Below are positions 38,679 through 51,203 of a stretch of 64,000 nucleotides of DNA, piece by piece. Position 1 is the stretch's first letter. The number at the start of each line of letters is the position of its first letter. Origin of the DNA: Piromyces finnis finn (lineage: Eukaryota > Fungi > Neocallimastigomycota); NCBI GenBank assembly GCA_002104945.1, contig MCFH01000028.1:558001-622000 (forward strand), read 5' to 3'. A program made the translations under genes and the position numbers. The notes below the pieces were generated by a model. That model was given only the letters and a program-made list of their open reading frames with translations, made no database searches and was not told the DNA's origin.

Positions 38679-41256
38679 TGTAAAAGTTTTATAAATGTAA
38701 AACAGATTATAAAATTTTTTACAATAAAACAACAACACAAAATAAAGAAAAAACAAGAAAATAAATTATATTTAAAAAAATATCTCTTTTATTAATTTTA
38801 TTTAGTTATTAACTAAATAATAGTCAATAACAATTACATCGTTTTAATTAAGAAAATTTACATGCATTTATATTTTTCGTAAATTATATTTTAATATACT
38901 ATTCTATTTAATTATACATATATTCAATATAAAATAAACAAAACTAATTTAATACTAATTTAATTAAATAATAAAATAATAAAACTAAACTAAAACTAAT
39001 TAAATACACTTTTGATTCAATTTGAGTAAACTGTAAATTGAATACAGTCCATGTATTACCTATATATTAATTAAATATTAATAATACTATTTATTATATA
39101 TTTATAATTAAAAATGCTAATTTAAAACTACGCTAAAGTTATTAAACTAATTTTAATTAAATAAAAACTTTTTAAGATTTAATTTGAATATTTAAAATAT
39201 TTAAATTTAATTATCCATTAATTTAAATATTCATCCAAATTTCATTTGTAACTTTGATATTTTAAAATTAATATTTATTTAATTATTCCATAAAATTTAT
39301 ACAATAAATTTTATAAACAATTTTTTCATTAAAATATCAAAATTATTATTCAATAATTATTAATTAATTATTAAATAATTTAAAGATATACTTTATATCT
39401 TTACAATCTCTCCCTTTAAGTCGAGCTCCTGCGAGATCATTTCTTTGAAGGAATATCAATTACAAATGGTTGATATCTATGTCTGATCATACCATTGTTA
39501 TTCCTTGTATAAACTTGATCTTGACTTTCTTTTCTAGACTTTTTATTTTTCCTATAAAATTCTTGGATCAATTGTACATCTGAAATTTGATCTTCCGGGA
39601 TCCAAGTATTTTCGTCAAGATTTTTCCATGTCATCAAGAAAGATTTCTTTCCATGATAATTTCTTTCTTGAATAATCTTATCAGGAATCCTATCACTTTC
39701 TTTGTTTTATGTTGCAAAGTCTTCCATTTGCAACAATTGTGTCATTATTGGGATCCCCGAAATTGGTACGAAGGGCAGCAATAAATTGATCATAGTTTCT
39801 TAGAATGGCGTCGTTGTTCTGTCGTAAACGAGCGGCCCATTCTAAAGGTCTGTTAACAAAGTAAGATATTAAGAAGCGAACTCTCGCTTCATCATTAGCG
39901 AATCTATCAGGGTTGGCTTCAATGGCTAGTTCAACCCTGGTCAAGAACCCATCTAGTTCTTGTCTTCTTCCTGAGAAAGTTGGAGGATCATTAACTATCC
40001 TCAAAGACGCCCCTTGACGGTCCATATTTCCGTTTAAGTGGAGGTTGGATAAAAGTTGGTTTATTTCTTCCAGTATGTTTAATATTTACTTATTTAATTT
40101 TTTACAATATTTTAATTAAGATGTCGTCGTAACTCTATCCTATCAAACGGTGTTAGACGAGCTCTTAAAAATATAGTAACAAAATTAAATACAGTACAAT
40201 AGTAGATGTTGGTGGAAGATTAAATAAAGTTGATCCACAATATATACAAGTACAATGATGGACGCGGTAGATATCTCTAAAGCAAAGTAGTCGTTCTAAA
40301 TGACACGGTAGCAATACCAAAACGCGGTAGATAATCCTTTATTACGCGGTAGCAAATTTCAAAGTAAGGTAGAGAGTCCCTAAAACGCGGTAGTTAGTTT
40401 CTAAACACGGTAGCAAATTTCAAAGCAAGGTAGAGAGTCCCTAAAACGCGGTAGTAAAAAAAATTTTATTAAATATGTTTTATTAAAAAAATTTATAACG
40501 TGTTTTATTAGAACAAAGGTAATTGTTATTGTAAAAGTTTTATAAATGTAAAACAGATTATAAAATTTTTTACAATAAAACAACAACACAAAATAAAGAA
40601 AAAACAAGAAAATAAATTATATTTAAAAAAATATCTCTTTTATTAATTTTATTTAGTTATTAACTAAATAATAGTCAATAACAATTACATCGTTTTAATT
40701 AAGAAAATTTACATGCATTTATATTTTTCGTAAATTATATTTTAATATACTATTCTATTTAATTATACATATATTCAATATAAAATAAACAAAACTAATT
40801 TAATACTAATTTAATTAAATAATAAAATAATAAAACTAAACTAAAACTAATTAAATACACTTTTGATTCAATTTGAGTAAACTGTAAATTGAATACAGTC
40901 CATGTATTACCTATATATTAATTAAATATTAATAATACTATTTATTATATATTTATAATTAAAAATGCTAATTTAAAACTACGCTAAAGTTATTAAACTA
41001 ATTTTAATTAAATAAAAACTTTTTAAGATTTAATTTGAATATTTAAAATATTTAAATTTAATTATCCATTAATTTAAATATTCATCCAAATTTCATTTGT
41101 AACTTTGATATTTTAAAATTAATATTTATTTAATTATTCCATAAAATTTATACAATAAATTTTATAAACAATTTTTTCATTAAAATATCAAAATTATTAT
41201 TCAATAATTATTAATTAATTATTAAATAATTTAAAGATATACTTTATATCTTTACA
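38679..41256 (-). mobile_element. E4: 2578-bp internally deleted chromovirus-type mini element
   Basis: 727-bp LTRs 38679-39405 and 40530-41256. 5-bp TSD GAAGC (38674-78 and 41257-61); removal restores NEAHSIGHEG of E2 integrase. The 1124-bp interior has a Gag N-half (39693-40025) joined to a chromodomain-like tail (39437-39690). PPT AAAGGGAGAGA. Confidence 0.93.
40310..40460 (-). repeat. Short direct repeats with ACGCGGTAG cores in the E4 5' leader
   Basis: TAGCAAATTTCAAAG(T/C)AAGGTAGAGAGTCCCTAAAACGCGGTAG occurs twice, plus extra CGCGGTAG/CACGGTAG cores. Confidence 0.8.
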
Positions 41257-43106
41257 GAAGCTCACTCTATTGGTCATGAAGGAACATACAAGACATATCA
41301 CAGACTAAGAAGAGATTATTTTTGGAAAGGTATGACAAAGGATATTAAATTATTTATTAAATGTTGTCATAAATGGCAAACACGTAAACCGCAACCAACT
41401 AATATGTATCCGGAAGATTTAGCAACTCCTCCAGGTTTACCATTTAGTAGAGTTGGTTTAGATTTAATAGGTCCGTTATATACCACTGCTAGAGGAAATA
41501 AATATATAATCGTATTGGTAGATTATTTAACCAAATGGGTGGAAGCAGAACCTTTAATGAAAACGGAATCTGAGGATGTAATAAGATTCCTTACTAATGT
41601 ATTTTCAAGACATGGTATACCAGAAGTATTAATTACAGATAATGGACCACAATTCATATCTGATAAAACAAAAGCTTTTCTAGATTTACATGATGTATAT
41701 GTTCATTATATTAGTACCTATCATCCAGCCTCAAATGGAGAAGTTGAAAATAGAAATAGAGAAATATCAAAATACTTACGATTATTAGGAAAGAAAAATA
41801 AAGATTGGGATGAAACACTACCTAGTGCATTATGGGCCCTTAGAACTGCAAAAAACGAAGTTACAAAATTTAGTAGTTTTGAACTCCTATACGGAAGAAG
41901 AGACCTCCAACCATTTGAACTTAGTATCAATGTTGATAAAAGGTTAAAAGAAGAAAATGAAGAAGAATATTATATTAGGAAATTTATAAATCATAACCAA
42001 TGGATTAAAGAAGCAATAAATAATATTGAAACAGCTAATGAGCTATGGAAAGATAGAAGAAGACAAATCAAAAGACTACGTAGTGAATTTAAGCCTGGTG
42101 ATTTAGTTCTAATTAGAAATTTTAATAGAAGAAAATTAGATCCTTATTATCTTGGACCTCTAAAAATTGTAAAACAACAACTTAATACTGTAACAGTATG
42201 CGATCCAATTACAAATGATATTGCAGAAAGAAATATTCATTTAAAGAATGTAATTCCCTATATTAGTAGTTTTATTGAAATGAAACATTAATGAAAAATA
42301 CGACGACTTCAAGGGACGAAGTCTTATTTAAAGTGGGGGCCTCCTGATACAAGATGCATAGAAAAATATAATATTTTAAATATTTTATGAATAATATCTA
42401 ATCCTTTTATAAATTGTATATCAATTACTAATGATAATAATAATTAAACTATATTAGTATAAATTATTATGACGCAAATGTTACACATACATTAGAATAA
42501 TTAGTTACACAAGAAAGGAAAAGATATAAAAGAGAGTGTTAAAGCAGAAGATATCAAGAGAGAGAACTTTTCATTTATAAATAATATTTGATATTTTAGT
42601 TTTAAGTATTAGTTTTATTTTATTTTATTTTTTATATTAATAGTTTTAGTTTAAGTTAGTTTTAGGTTAATAATTACGTATTTAGTATTTATTATATTTC
42701 CTTCAGTTTAAATATTAGTTATAAAAGAAAAGAATATTTATTGTTTATTTTTACTATTTCAGAAAAGTTATAGTTTATCATTAATAATACTTTCATCAAC
42801 ATATTTTTATATTTACACATTATATTTAACTATTTATATTTATTCAATAATAACTTTCGATCCTATTAGTATTGAATGTTATTAATGTTATAATCATAAT
42901 AATAATAATAATTAAATAAAGAATCTTTAAACCAAAATCTATTTAATTATATTATTATAAAATTTATTATTTTTATTATTTATTTTTATTATTATAAAAT
43001 AGAAATAAATACAATATTAACTAATATATTATTCATATATCATTCCCTATTGCTAACGTTCATAATTATATTTTATTTATGGTGTTTTTGAAATATATTG
43101 CATCAA

Positions 43107-43601
43107 TGTAAGAAATATTTGTGGCCATAAGTTTGCCCACAAATATTTCAATTGAAACCATATATTCTGGTCATCATTTATTGGCCAAATATATGTATAA
43201 CCATATATTAATGGTTATTAATTAAATAGGAAGTTTATTTGCTTTACCCAATCAAGTGGTAAAGAAAGTAAACTCATATAGTTAAATAGTATAGTCAAAA
43301 CTAACGTTAAATACTTTAGCGTTAGTATTAAAGTAAATTAATAGCTATAATAATAATTAATGTAGATAATTATAATAAATAAATAAAAGATATAATTAAA
43401 ATATAATTATTTAAGTAAAAGTTATTTCATAAAATATTTATATAAGTGTTTATATTTATTTTAGTGTTATAATATTTATTTTCTTTCTTTTATTATTTTT
43501 TATAAAACTTTATTTAGTTATTAACTCGTATAGAGAGGTAATAACTAACTTAATTAACTAATTAGTAACTTATTAACTAATAATATAAAAAACCTTTTAC
43601 A
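43107..43601. mobile_element. X: probable solo LTR (495 bp)
   Basis: TGTAAGA...TTTTACA with a 13-bp hairpin at its start. The reconstructed flanks are TAAAA / CAAAA. Its first TGT forms part of the E2 TSD. Confidence 0.6.
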
Positions 43602-43608
43602 CAAAAAA

Positions 43609-44318
43609 TGTTAAGGAACCAACAAATAATGTTATTCTTGTCATAATTAATGATTATGACCTAATCCATTCATTATTGTTCCTAAATGTATGAAAACTTT
43701 ACAATATTCTTATTTGTAAATTAATGTATACACTTAAATTATATTTAAAATTATTAATAATTATTTTTATTGAACTTAAATTTTATTTTATTAAACTTAA
43801 AAATTAATTTAGTAATAATAATATATTGAAAATTATAGTTTATTGAACTTTTAGTTTAATTTATCAAGTTAATGAATTTTTATTAATTAAAATTATGAAT
43901 AATATTTCTGTAAAATAGTAAAATTCTTTAGTTAAATATATTTAAAGTAAACTTTTAATGTATGCTAATCAATTTAATAATATGTATAAATATTTATTAT
44001 AATAGTAATGTAATTTTATTATTCATTTAAAAGTAATTTAAATACTAAAATTAATGTAAATAATTAAAGACTAATTCTTTTAATTAACACTACTTAATTT
44101 TTTACAAAAAGTATAAAAAGGTGTATATTATAAGAATTAGAGAATATACAGATATTTTTATTTTTATTTTTATTTTATTTTATAATTTTATATTAATATC
44201 TTAATAAAACAATTTTATTAATAAAACAATTTTTCTTATTTCATTTTAATATTATTTTTGAGTATTAATAAATTTATTAATATTTTATAAATAAAAGTAA
44301 ATTCCTCGAACCGTAACA
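43609..44318 (+). mobile_element. Y: solo LTR (710 bp) of the E3 lineage
   Basis: TGTTAAGGAA...GAACCGTAACA versus the E3 LTR TGTTAAGGAA...GAACCGTAGCA; flanked by AAAA/AAAA. Confidence 0.75.
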
Positions 44319-45187
44319 AAAATGTTAAGGAATGAACATAAATAGTTGAATTAGCTAGAATTTTAGGATTTAACCTTCAACTATTTATATTCCTTACTAG
44401 TGTTTAACTCTATTTTTAAAATATAAAAATTATAATATATAATTTTTATACATTTTCTAGTAATTATTAATATTTTTATTATATAGTTATATTATTTGTA
44501 TATAGTTATTTAAGACCTTTATTATTAGTATTAGTATAATTACTTATAATATTTTATACTTATAAAATTTTACAAAATTTTATTATTAAAATAGTTATAG
44601 GTATTTTATTATTATTTAAGGTTTATTTTATTAATTAACTTTATTGTATAATATTTTATAATTTGAAATTATGACATAGAATTTAATTATAATTTTTACT
44701 AAAAGAGGCAACTGTTACACACAAAACAGAAGATACCTCGACAGAAAAATTATTATTTATGTCTAAAAAAGGGCATAATTAATTGAATAATATAATTTTA
44801 TTATATGTCATAATTAAATATATAATATATGATATGCAAAAATGTTACACATATCATAAATTAAAATTTTATTAATTATAAATTAAAAATTTTTCTATTC
44901 AAATATTAAGAGATTATTCATAATATATATTAAGGATTTAATTAATATATGTTACAGTGAATGATCCATATATTATGAATGAAATCAATTTAAATCCTTA
45001 GCTATCCAAAACCATTAAATTTCAAATAATGGATAGTTGGAAAAAGTACGAGGATTTTTGAGAAAAATTTTAAAAATTGAAAAATCAAAAATAAATTAAA
45101 TGAATAAAAATTAAAATTAAATAAATTTTTATCTTTATAACTATTCAAGTGTTTTGTGATATCTTATTTGAACCGTAGCATAATTAA

Positions 45188-45206
45188 TGGTGGAGATATC
45201 GGGGAT
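45188..45206 (+). promoter_or_regulatory. E3 primer-binding site, tRNA-Ala type (different 3' arm from E2)
   Basis: Complementary to ATCCCCGATATCTCCACCA; 7 nt after the LTR. Confidence 0.82.
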
Positions 45207-45594
45207 AATAATAACATATTGATATCACACTACATTTTTATAGTTACTTTTATATTTATTTTTGTATTATTATTTAATTAAAATAGTTAATAATTCAAAA
45301 GAGGGTTATACTAGTATAATAAAAAGTTATATACTTCAAGGCACAATTAAAATAGTTAATAGAGAGAAATTAATATTGTTAATTGGTGCAGTTAAGGAAG
45401 TATTTTATATTGGTATTACTAGTTTAACTAAAGAGAATAATTATTAGTGTTGTTAATTAAATATATTTCAAATATTGTTGTAATTCATTCTTTTAAATTC
45501 TTATAAAAGAAAATTATTTTTTTTAAACTTGTTTCATTCTTTAATATTATTGTAAAATTGTATTTTTATCTTTATTTAAAACTTGTATATAAAA

Positions 45595-47235
45595 ATGAGT
45601 ACGGGAGCTGATAAATCTATTGACTTTGCTAAATTAATGAAGGAATTAAAGCATGTCACTAGATTAACCGAAGATAATTTGGACATTAAGACTTGGTATA
45701 GTCAATTAAAGTATTGGACTATGCTTCAAGATGTTAAAAGTCCAAAAATGGTGTTTCTAGCTTGTTTGTTTACTACTACAGGAACACCAAATGAACTTAT
45801 TCAAGAGTTGAATCCTAATAAGGACTTTGAAAGTGATGAAGACAGTGAAGATAGTGATGAAGAAGATGAAGGTAGAGGAAAGAGAAGAGCTCACTACCCT
45901 TCCCTTAAAAAGATAGTCACTATGTGTAAAGATATAAAGTATATCTTTAAATTATTTAATAATTAATTAATAATTATTGAATAATAATTTTGATATTTTA
46001 ATGAAAAAATTGTTTATAAAATTTATTGTATAAATTTTATGGAATAATTAAATAAATATTAATTTTAAAATATCAAAGTTACAAATGAAATTTGGATAAA
46101 TATTTAAATTAATGGATAATTAAATTTAAATATTTTAAATATTCAAATTAAATCTTAAAAAGTTTTTATTTAATTAAAATTAGTTTAATAACTTTAGCGT
46201 AGTTTTAAATTAGCATTTTTAATTATAAATATATAATAAATAGTATTATTAATATTTAATTAATATATAGGTAATACATGGACTGTATTCAATTTACAGT
46301 TTACTCAAATTGAATCAAAAGTGTATTTAATTAGTTTTAGTTTAGTTTTATTATTTTATTATTTAATTAAATTAGTATTAAATTAGTTTTGTTTATTTTA
46401 TATTGAATATATGTATAATTAAATAGAATAGTATATTAAAATATAATTTACGAAAAATATAAATGCATGTAAATTTTCTTAATTAAAACGATGTAATTGT
46501 TATTGACTATTATTTAGTTAATAACTAAATAAAATTAATAAAAGAGATATTTTTTTAAATATAATTTATTTTCTTGTTTTTTCTTTATTTTGTGTTGTTG
46601 TTTTATTGTAAAAAATTTTATAATCTGTTTTACATTTATAAAACTTTTACACTATGTTAGAAGAATTTTATGGAGTAAAGGAAGATCAAATAGAACTTCT
46701 CAAGGAGCTTAGGGATATGCGAATCAAAAAGAATGAAAAAGTAAAAGACTTCAACATAAGGTACCGTTCCTTGTATGTCAAACTAGACAAGAAGCGTAGA
46801 AGGAAAGTAGATGTTGAAGATTACTTAGATTCCATTGAGCCTAACTATAAAGCCTGGGAAAATGTGCGTAGGGAAAAAGAAGTTACCTTAGCAGAAGCCT
46901 ACAAGCTTGCCGAAGATGGGGATAGACTAAATTTAAGAAATCGTCATAAAGCTAACAATTATGATGTATCCACCTCTTCTAACTCTGATAAAAGATATAA
47001 AAATAAATATGAAAGAAAAGAAGATAGCTATGAAAGGAACAAGAAGCCAACAATAGCGAATTATGGTAATGATAAGAAAGATCCTATGAATGAGTTGACG
47101 GAGAAAATGAGAAACTTAACTATCAAAACTTGCTACTTTTGCAACGAGAAGGGACACTTTCAATATCATTGTCCTAAACTGAGTGCCATAGTAGAAGAAA
47201 ACAAACAAAAGGCCAGAAAAGGTCATTTAAATTAG
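45595..47235 (+). pseudogene. gag: E3 gag interrupted by solo LTR
   Basis: Removing 45925-46656 restores KIVTMLEEFYGVK. Contains CYFCNEKGHFQYHC and ends GHLN*. Confidence 0.9.
45925..46651 (+). mobile_element. Solo LTR of the E4 family (727 bp)
   Basis: Reverse complement of the E4 LTRs (at least one substitution); 5-bp TSD CTATG (45920-24 and 46652-56). Confidence 0.95.
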
Positions 47236-50200
47236 ATAGTGGGAGAAGAAGCACTCCCAGTAATCCAAAAATAGCTTCACTTAATAACAGTTCAGTTGAT
47301 AATAATGAGTGCTCTGAATATTCTGAGTATTCTGACTTATCAGATAATGAAGAAATATCTTCTATTGAAGATAAAATTATTGCTGCAGCTAAAAGAAAAG
47401 CTAATGATGAAGAAGACTCTTCCAAGAAAAGAGTACAAAAATCATTAAAAGAAGACCCAAGACCAATAGTTACCCCTGCTACTAGGAAGCAACAAGAACG
47501 TGAACTCAGTAATGAGAGTTTAGAATCAGGTTCACCATCACAACCCAAGAACCAACTTGACACGTCTGTTCTGAGTCAACCTAATATTAACAAGGAAAAA
47601 GAGAAAAGTAAAAAACTCAGAGAAAAACAAAGAAGTAAACCACCAACCACCATAAATAAAAACGAAAGAGAAGAAAACGAAGATATGGAGGTCAGTATTG
47701 ATACGGAAGATAAAGTAGAAGTAGAAAAAGCTAAAAAGAAAAATACAGATATTCTACCGACGTTATTGAAAATGACTAAAGATAAAGAAAAAGATAAAAC
47801 TAAAGAGGAGAAAGTCACACGTAATATCCAAATGAGAGGTGATACCAGTGATTATGATATTTTTGAAGATTTAAACACAGCTAAATGTGATATTACTTAT
47901 GGACAGTTATTTAATGTATGCCCAAAAATAAGAACACAACTTTCCCAAGGACTAAAGTTAGAGAAAGTACAAAGCAAGGTATCAGGTGCATTAAATAACA
48001 TAGTAGCTACTACAACCTTATTAAATAATATCAACCATGACTATATAAGTAAGAATAATGAAGCTTCAGAAGAGGATATAGCAATGGTGGATGCGACTGT
48101 GGATGGGATACCAGGAAAACTACTGGTGGATACGTGTAGTAACTTAAATGTTATTACATCTTCTTTTTACAAAAGACTACCAAAGGAATATGAAGTGGTA
48201 GGAATAAGCAAAGGACGTATTCGACTAGCTACTACTGATGAAGAATACTCTGAGGGTACTGTGGTGCGTATACCAGTTAGAATAGGAGAGGTAGAACTAG
48301 TGGTTGACTTCAGAATACTTGAAAAAGAAGAACCGTTCTATGATATGTTAATAAATTATAAAACTCAAGTAGATAATTTATTATATATAAATCCAGTAAC
48401 CAAGAGCTTATGTCAAGTGAAAGAAAGAGGTGTAGTAGAAGAAATAGTACCTATCAATAACCAATATTATAATGAAGGAAAATTGGTATGTACTATTAAG
48501 AAGATACCAGATGGAGATACTAAAAGCTTGAAGTCTATTGAAGGTTTACCACCTCAGGAGTATATACACAATGAGATATTCTTGAACACCTTACCAAAAG
48601 ATAAACGGAAAGAAATACTCCGACTTTTGGAAGAAAACTTAGAGGTTATTGCGACGTCTTCTGAGGAATTAACGCCTTCTAAATTATCACCACATAAAAT
48701 AAATCTAAAGGCTGGTGTAAAACCAGTTAAACAAAGAGCTTATAGGTTAACTAAATTTAAATCAGATATACTAAAAGAAGAGTTAACTAAGCTAATAGAA
48801 AAAAAATTAATAGAGCCGTCCTATTCAGAATGGTCCTCCCCTGTAGTTCTGGTTCCAAAACATAATGGTAAGTGGAGAATGTGTGTGGACTATAGGAGAG
48901 TGAACGACCTCACGGAAAAGGACTCTTATTCACTCCCCTATATTGATGAAATATTTGATAGTCTGAACGGAGCCAAAATATTCACTACTATGGACTTATA
49001 TTCAGGTTATCATCAAATTTCTATGCATGAGGAAAGCACTGAGGTTACTAGTTTTACTACCAAGTTTGGTAACTATCAGTTTAAGGTCATGCCGTTTGGG
49101 TTAACTAATGCACCAGCAACTTTTCAGAGGGAAATGAATAAGATATTATTTCCTTTAATAGGAAATTGTGTATATAATTTTATTGATGATGTACTCATAT
49201 ATTCCAAGAGTGTGGAAGAACACATGGAACATATTAAGAGAGTATTTGAAATATTGAAAGAAAATGAATTAAAAATAAATCTTGAGAAATGTAGTTTTAT
49301 GAAGGAAGAAGTAAATGTATTAGGTCACAGGTTATCTACTAAAGGTTTGAGTCCTTTGGAAAGTAAAATAGAAGCCATAAGGACGTGGGAAGCTCCAGGA
49401 AATATTCATGAGTTACGTTCGTTTTTGGGTGCAGTAGGATATTATCGAAATTTTATTCCTAATTATTCTCAAGTAACCGCGCCCTTATGTGAGTTATTAA
49501 AGAAAAATGTACGATATAAATGGGAAGAAAAACATGAAAAAGCATTTAAAGTATTAAAAGAAAAACTGATAAACGCTCCCATTTTAAAGTTTCCTGAATT
49601 TGATAAGCCTTTTATCATACGTACGGACGCGTCGTATGAAGGAGTGGGTGGTGTTTTATTACAAGAAGATGAAACTAACAAAATAGAACACCCTGTACAT
49701 TATATTAGTCGAAGTCTTAGTAAAGCGGAGAAGAACTATGGAATAACAGAGTTAGAAGGTGCTGCGTTATTCTTTTGCGTGAGTAAGTTAAAACCTTATA
49801 TTTTAGGAAACCCGTACACTACTATAGTTTATACGGACCATAAACCACTTTTGGGTTTATTTAAAAATAAGGAACCAAATAGTGCACGTCACAACAGATG
49901 GTGTCTTACAGTAAGTCAGTTGGATATTGATATTCAATATGATAAAGGAAAGAATAATGTTATAGCTGATGCATTATCAAGAATGAAGAATAAAGAGGAG
50001 AAAAAGATACTGGTAACAAAAATTAATAAAACTAATAATGAAGAGTTATTAACCAAAGTTATTAAGGAGTTTATAGCTGAAAAATTTACTACCATAGATG
50101 GGAAGGACTATTTCGTAGATGGTAATAACTTACGTCAGCTAATATCTACTGTAGAAGAAAAAGTAAAGTTAATATTTCAAGCACATAACGTAGGTCATGA

Positions 50201-51203
50201 AGGTTATTATAAGACTTATCAAAGGTTAAAGAAAAATTATTATTGGAATGATATGATAGCGGATATTAAAAGAATTATTAGCAAGTGTGAGAAGTGTCAA
50301 GTAAATAGACCACAACCTTATCCAGAACCAACTGAGGACAAAGCTACTAAAGTGGAAGGACCATTTGTACATCTAGGTTTGGATATTATTGGGCCATTAC
50401 CTAAGACAAGAAATAGTAAACAATATATAATAGTCATAGTTGACTATTTTACTAAATGGGTAGAAGCCGAAGCGGTGGAAACTGTTACTTCTCTGGACGT
50501 GATAAAGTTTTTAATAAATGTGTTTGCAAGACATGGGGTACCACAAGTTATTACTACAGATAATGGAACTCAATTTACCTCAGATATGACAAAGATATTT
50601 CTAGACCTATATGACGTATATGTGAAGTTCACAGTTCCCTACCACCCTGAAAGTAATGGATTAACAGAAAACCGAAATAAGGAAATTGGGAAACTTTTAA
50701 GACTTTTAGGGAAAGAAAATAAAGACTGGGATGAAGTTCTACCTTCCGCGCTTTGGGCCTTAAGAACTACAAAGAATACGGCTACGAAACATTCAAGTTT
50801 TGAGCTAGTTTATGGTAGGGAAGACCAACAACCTTTTGATATAGCTGCCCGACCCACTAAAGATCAAAACAAGAGTTCCGATGAAATTCTTTTGGAAAAG
50901 TTTATAAATCACTACCGATGGACCCTAGAAGCTGCTGAAAATGTAAAGACGGCTGATAAATATTGGTCTATGCGAAGAGAAGAAAAATTAAGTATGAACC
51001 AAGCTAAGAAAATAAAAGTAGGTGACCTAGTTTTGGTAAGAAACTTCAGTAGAACAAAATTGGAACCTTACTTTGTAGGACCTCTCAAAGTGGTCCAGAA
51101 ACAGTTCAATACAGTAGTCTTAGCAGACCCAGAAACTGGAGTACTAATGAACAGAAATGTACATTTCAAAAATGTCGTTAAATATAACTCAGCAACGGAG
51201 TAG
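47226..51203 (+). CDS. pol: E3 pol, open (PR-RT-RNaseH-IN, GPY/F-like tail, no chromodomain)
   Basis: -1 frame is open from TTTAAAT (47226) into the 1172-aa ORF. Motifs: LVDTCSNLN, NFIDD, TDASYEG, HNVGH..CEKC, GLDIIG/TDNG/NGLTE, KLEPYFVGPL. Confidence 0.93.
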   Translation, partial: FKLDSGRRSTPSNPKIASLNNSSVDNNECSEYSEYSDLSDNEEISSIEDKIIAAAKRKANDEEDSSKKRVQKSLKEDPRPIVTPATRKQQERELSNESLESGSPSQPKNQLDTSVLSQPNINKEKEKSKKLREKQRSKPPTTINKNEREENEDMEVSIDTEDKVEVEKAKKKNTDILPTLLKMTKDKEKDKTKEEKVTRNIQMRGDTSDYDIFEDLNTAKCDITYGQLFNVCPKIRTQLSQGLKLEKVQSKVSGALNNIVATTTLLNNINHDYISKNNEASEEDIAMVDATVDGIPGKLLVDTCSNLNVITSSFYKRLPKEYEVVGISKGRIRLATTDEEYSEGTVVRIPVRIGEVELVVDFRILEKEEPFYDMLINYKTQVDNLLYINPVTKSLCQVKERGVVEEIVPINNQYYNEGKLVCTIKKIPDGDTKSLKSIEGLPPQEYIHNEIFLNTLPKDKRKEILRLLEENLEVIATSSEELTPSKLSPHKINLKAGVKPVKQRAYRLTKFKSDILKEELTKLIEKKLIEPSYSEWSSPVVLVPKHNGKWRMCVDYRRVNDLTEKDSYSLPYIDEIFDSLNGAKIFTTMDLYSGYHQISMHEESTEVTSFTTKFGNYQFKVMPFGLTNAPATFQREMNKILFPLIGNCVYNFIDDVLIYSKSVEEHMEHIKRVFEILKENELKINLEKCSFMKEEVNVLGHRLSTKGLSPLESKIEAIRTWEAPGNIHELRSFLGAVGYYRNFIPNYSQVTAPLCELLKKNVRYKWEEKHEKAFKVLKEKLINAPILKFPEFDKPFIIRTDASYEGVGGVLLQEDETNKIEHPVHYISRSLSKAEKNYGITELEGAALFFCVSKLKPYILGNPYTTIVYTDHKPLLGLFKNKEPNSARHNRWCLTVSQLDIDIQYDKGKNNVIADALSRMKNKEEKKILVTKINKTNNEELLTKVIKEFIAEKFTTIDGKDYFVDGNNLRQLISTVEEKVKLIFQAHNVGHEGYYKTYQRLKKNYYWNDMIADIKRIISKCEKCQVNRPQPYPEPTEDKATKVEGPFVHLGLDIIGPLPKTRNSKQYIIVIVDYFTKWVEAEAVETVTSLDVIKFLINVFARHGVPQVITTDNGTQFTSDMTKIFLDLYDVYVKFTVPYHPESNGLTENRNKEIGKLLRLLGKENKDWDEVLPSALWALRTTKNTATKHSSFELVYGREDQQPFDIAARPTKDQNKSSDEILLEKFINHYRWTLEAAENVKTADKYWSMRREEKLSMNQAKKIKVGDLVLVRNFSRTKLEPYFVGPLKVVQKQFNTVVLADPETGVLMNRNVHFKNVVKYNSATE

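Noticed and set aside
45262-45447. Small ORF in the E3 leader
   Set aside because: TTG start, AT-rich and no recognisable motif.
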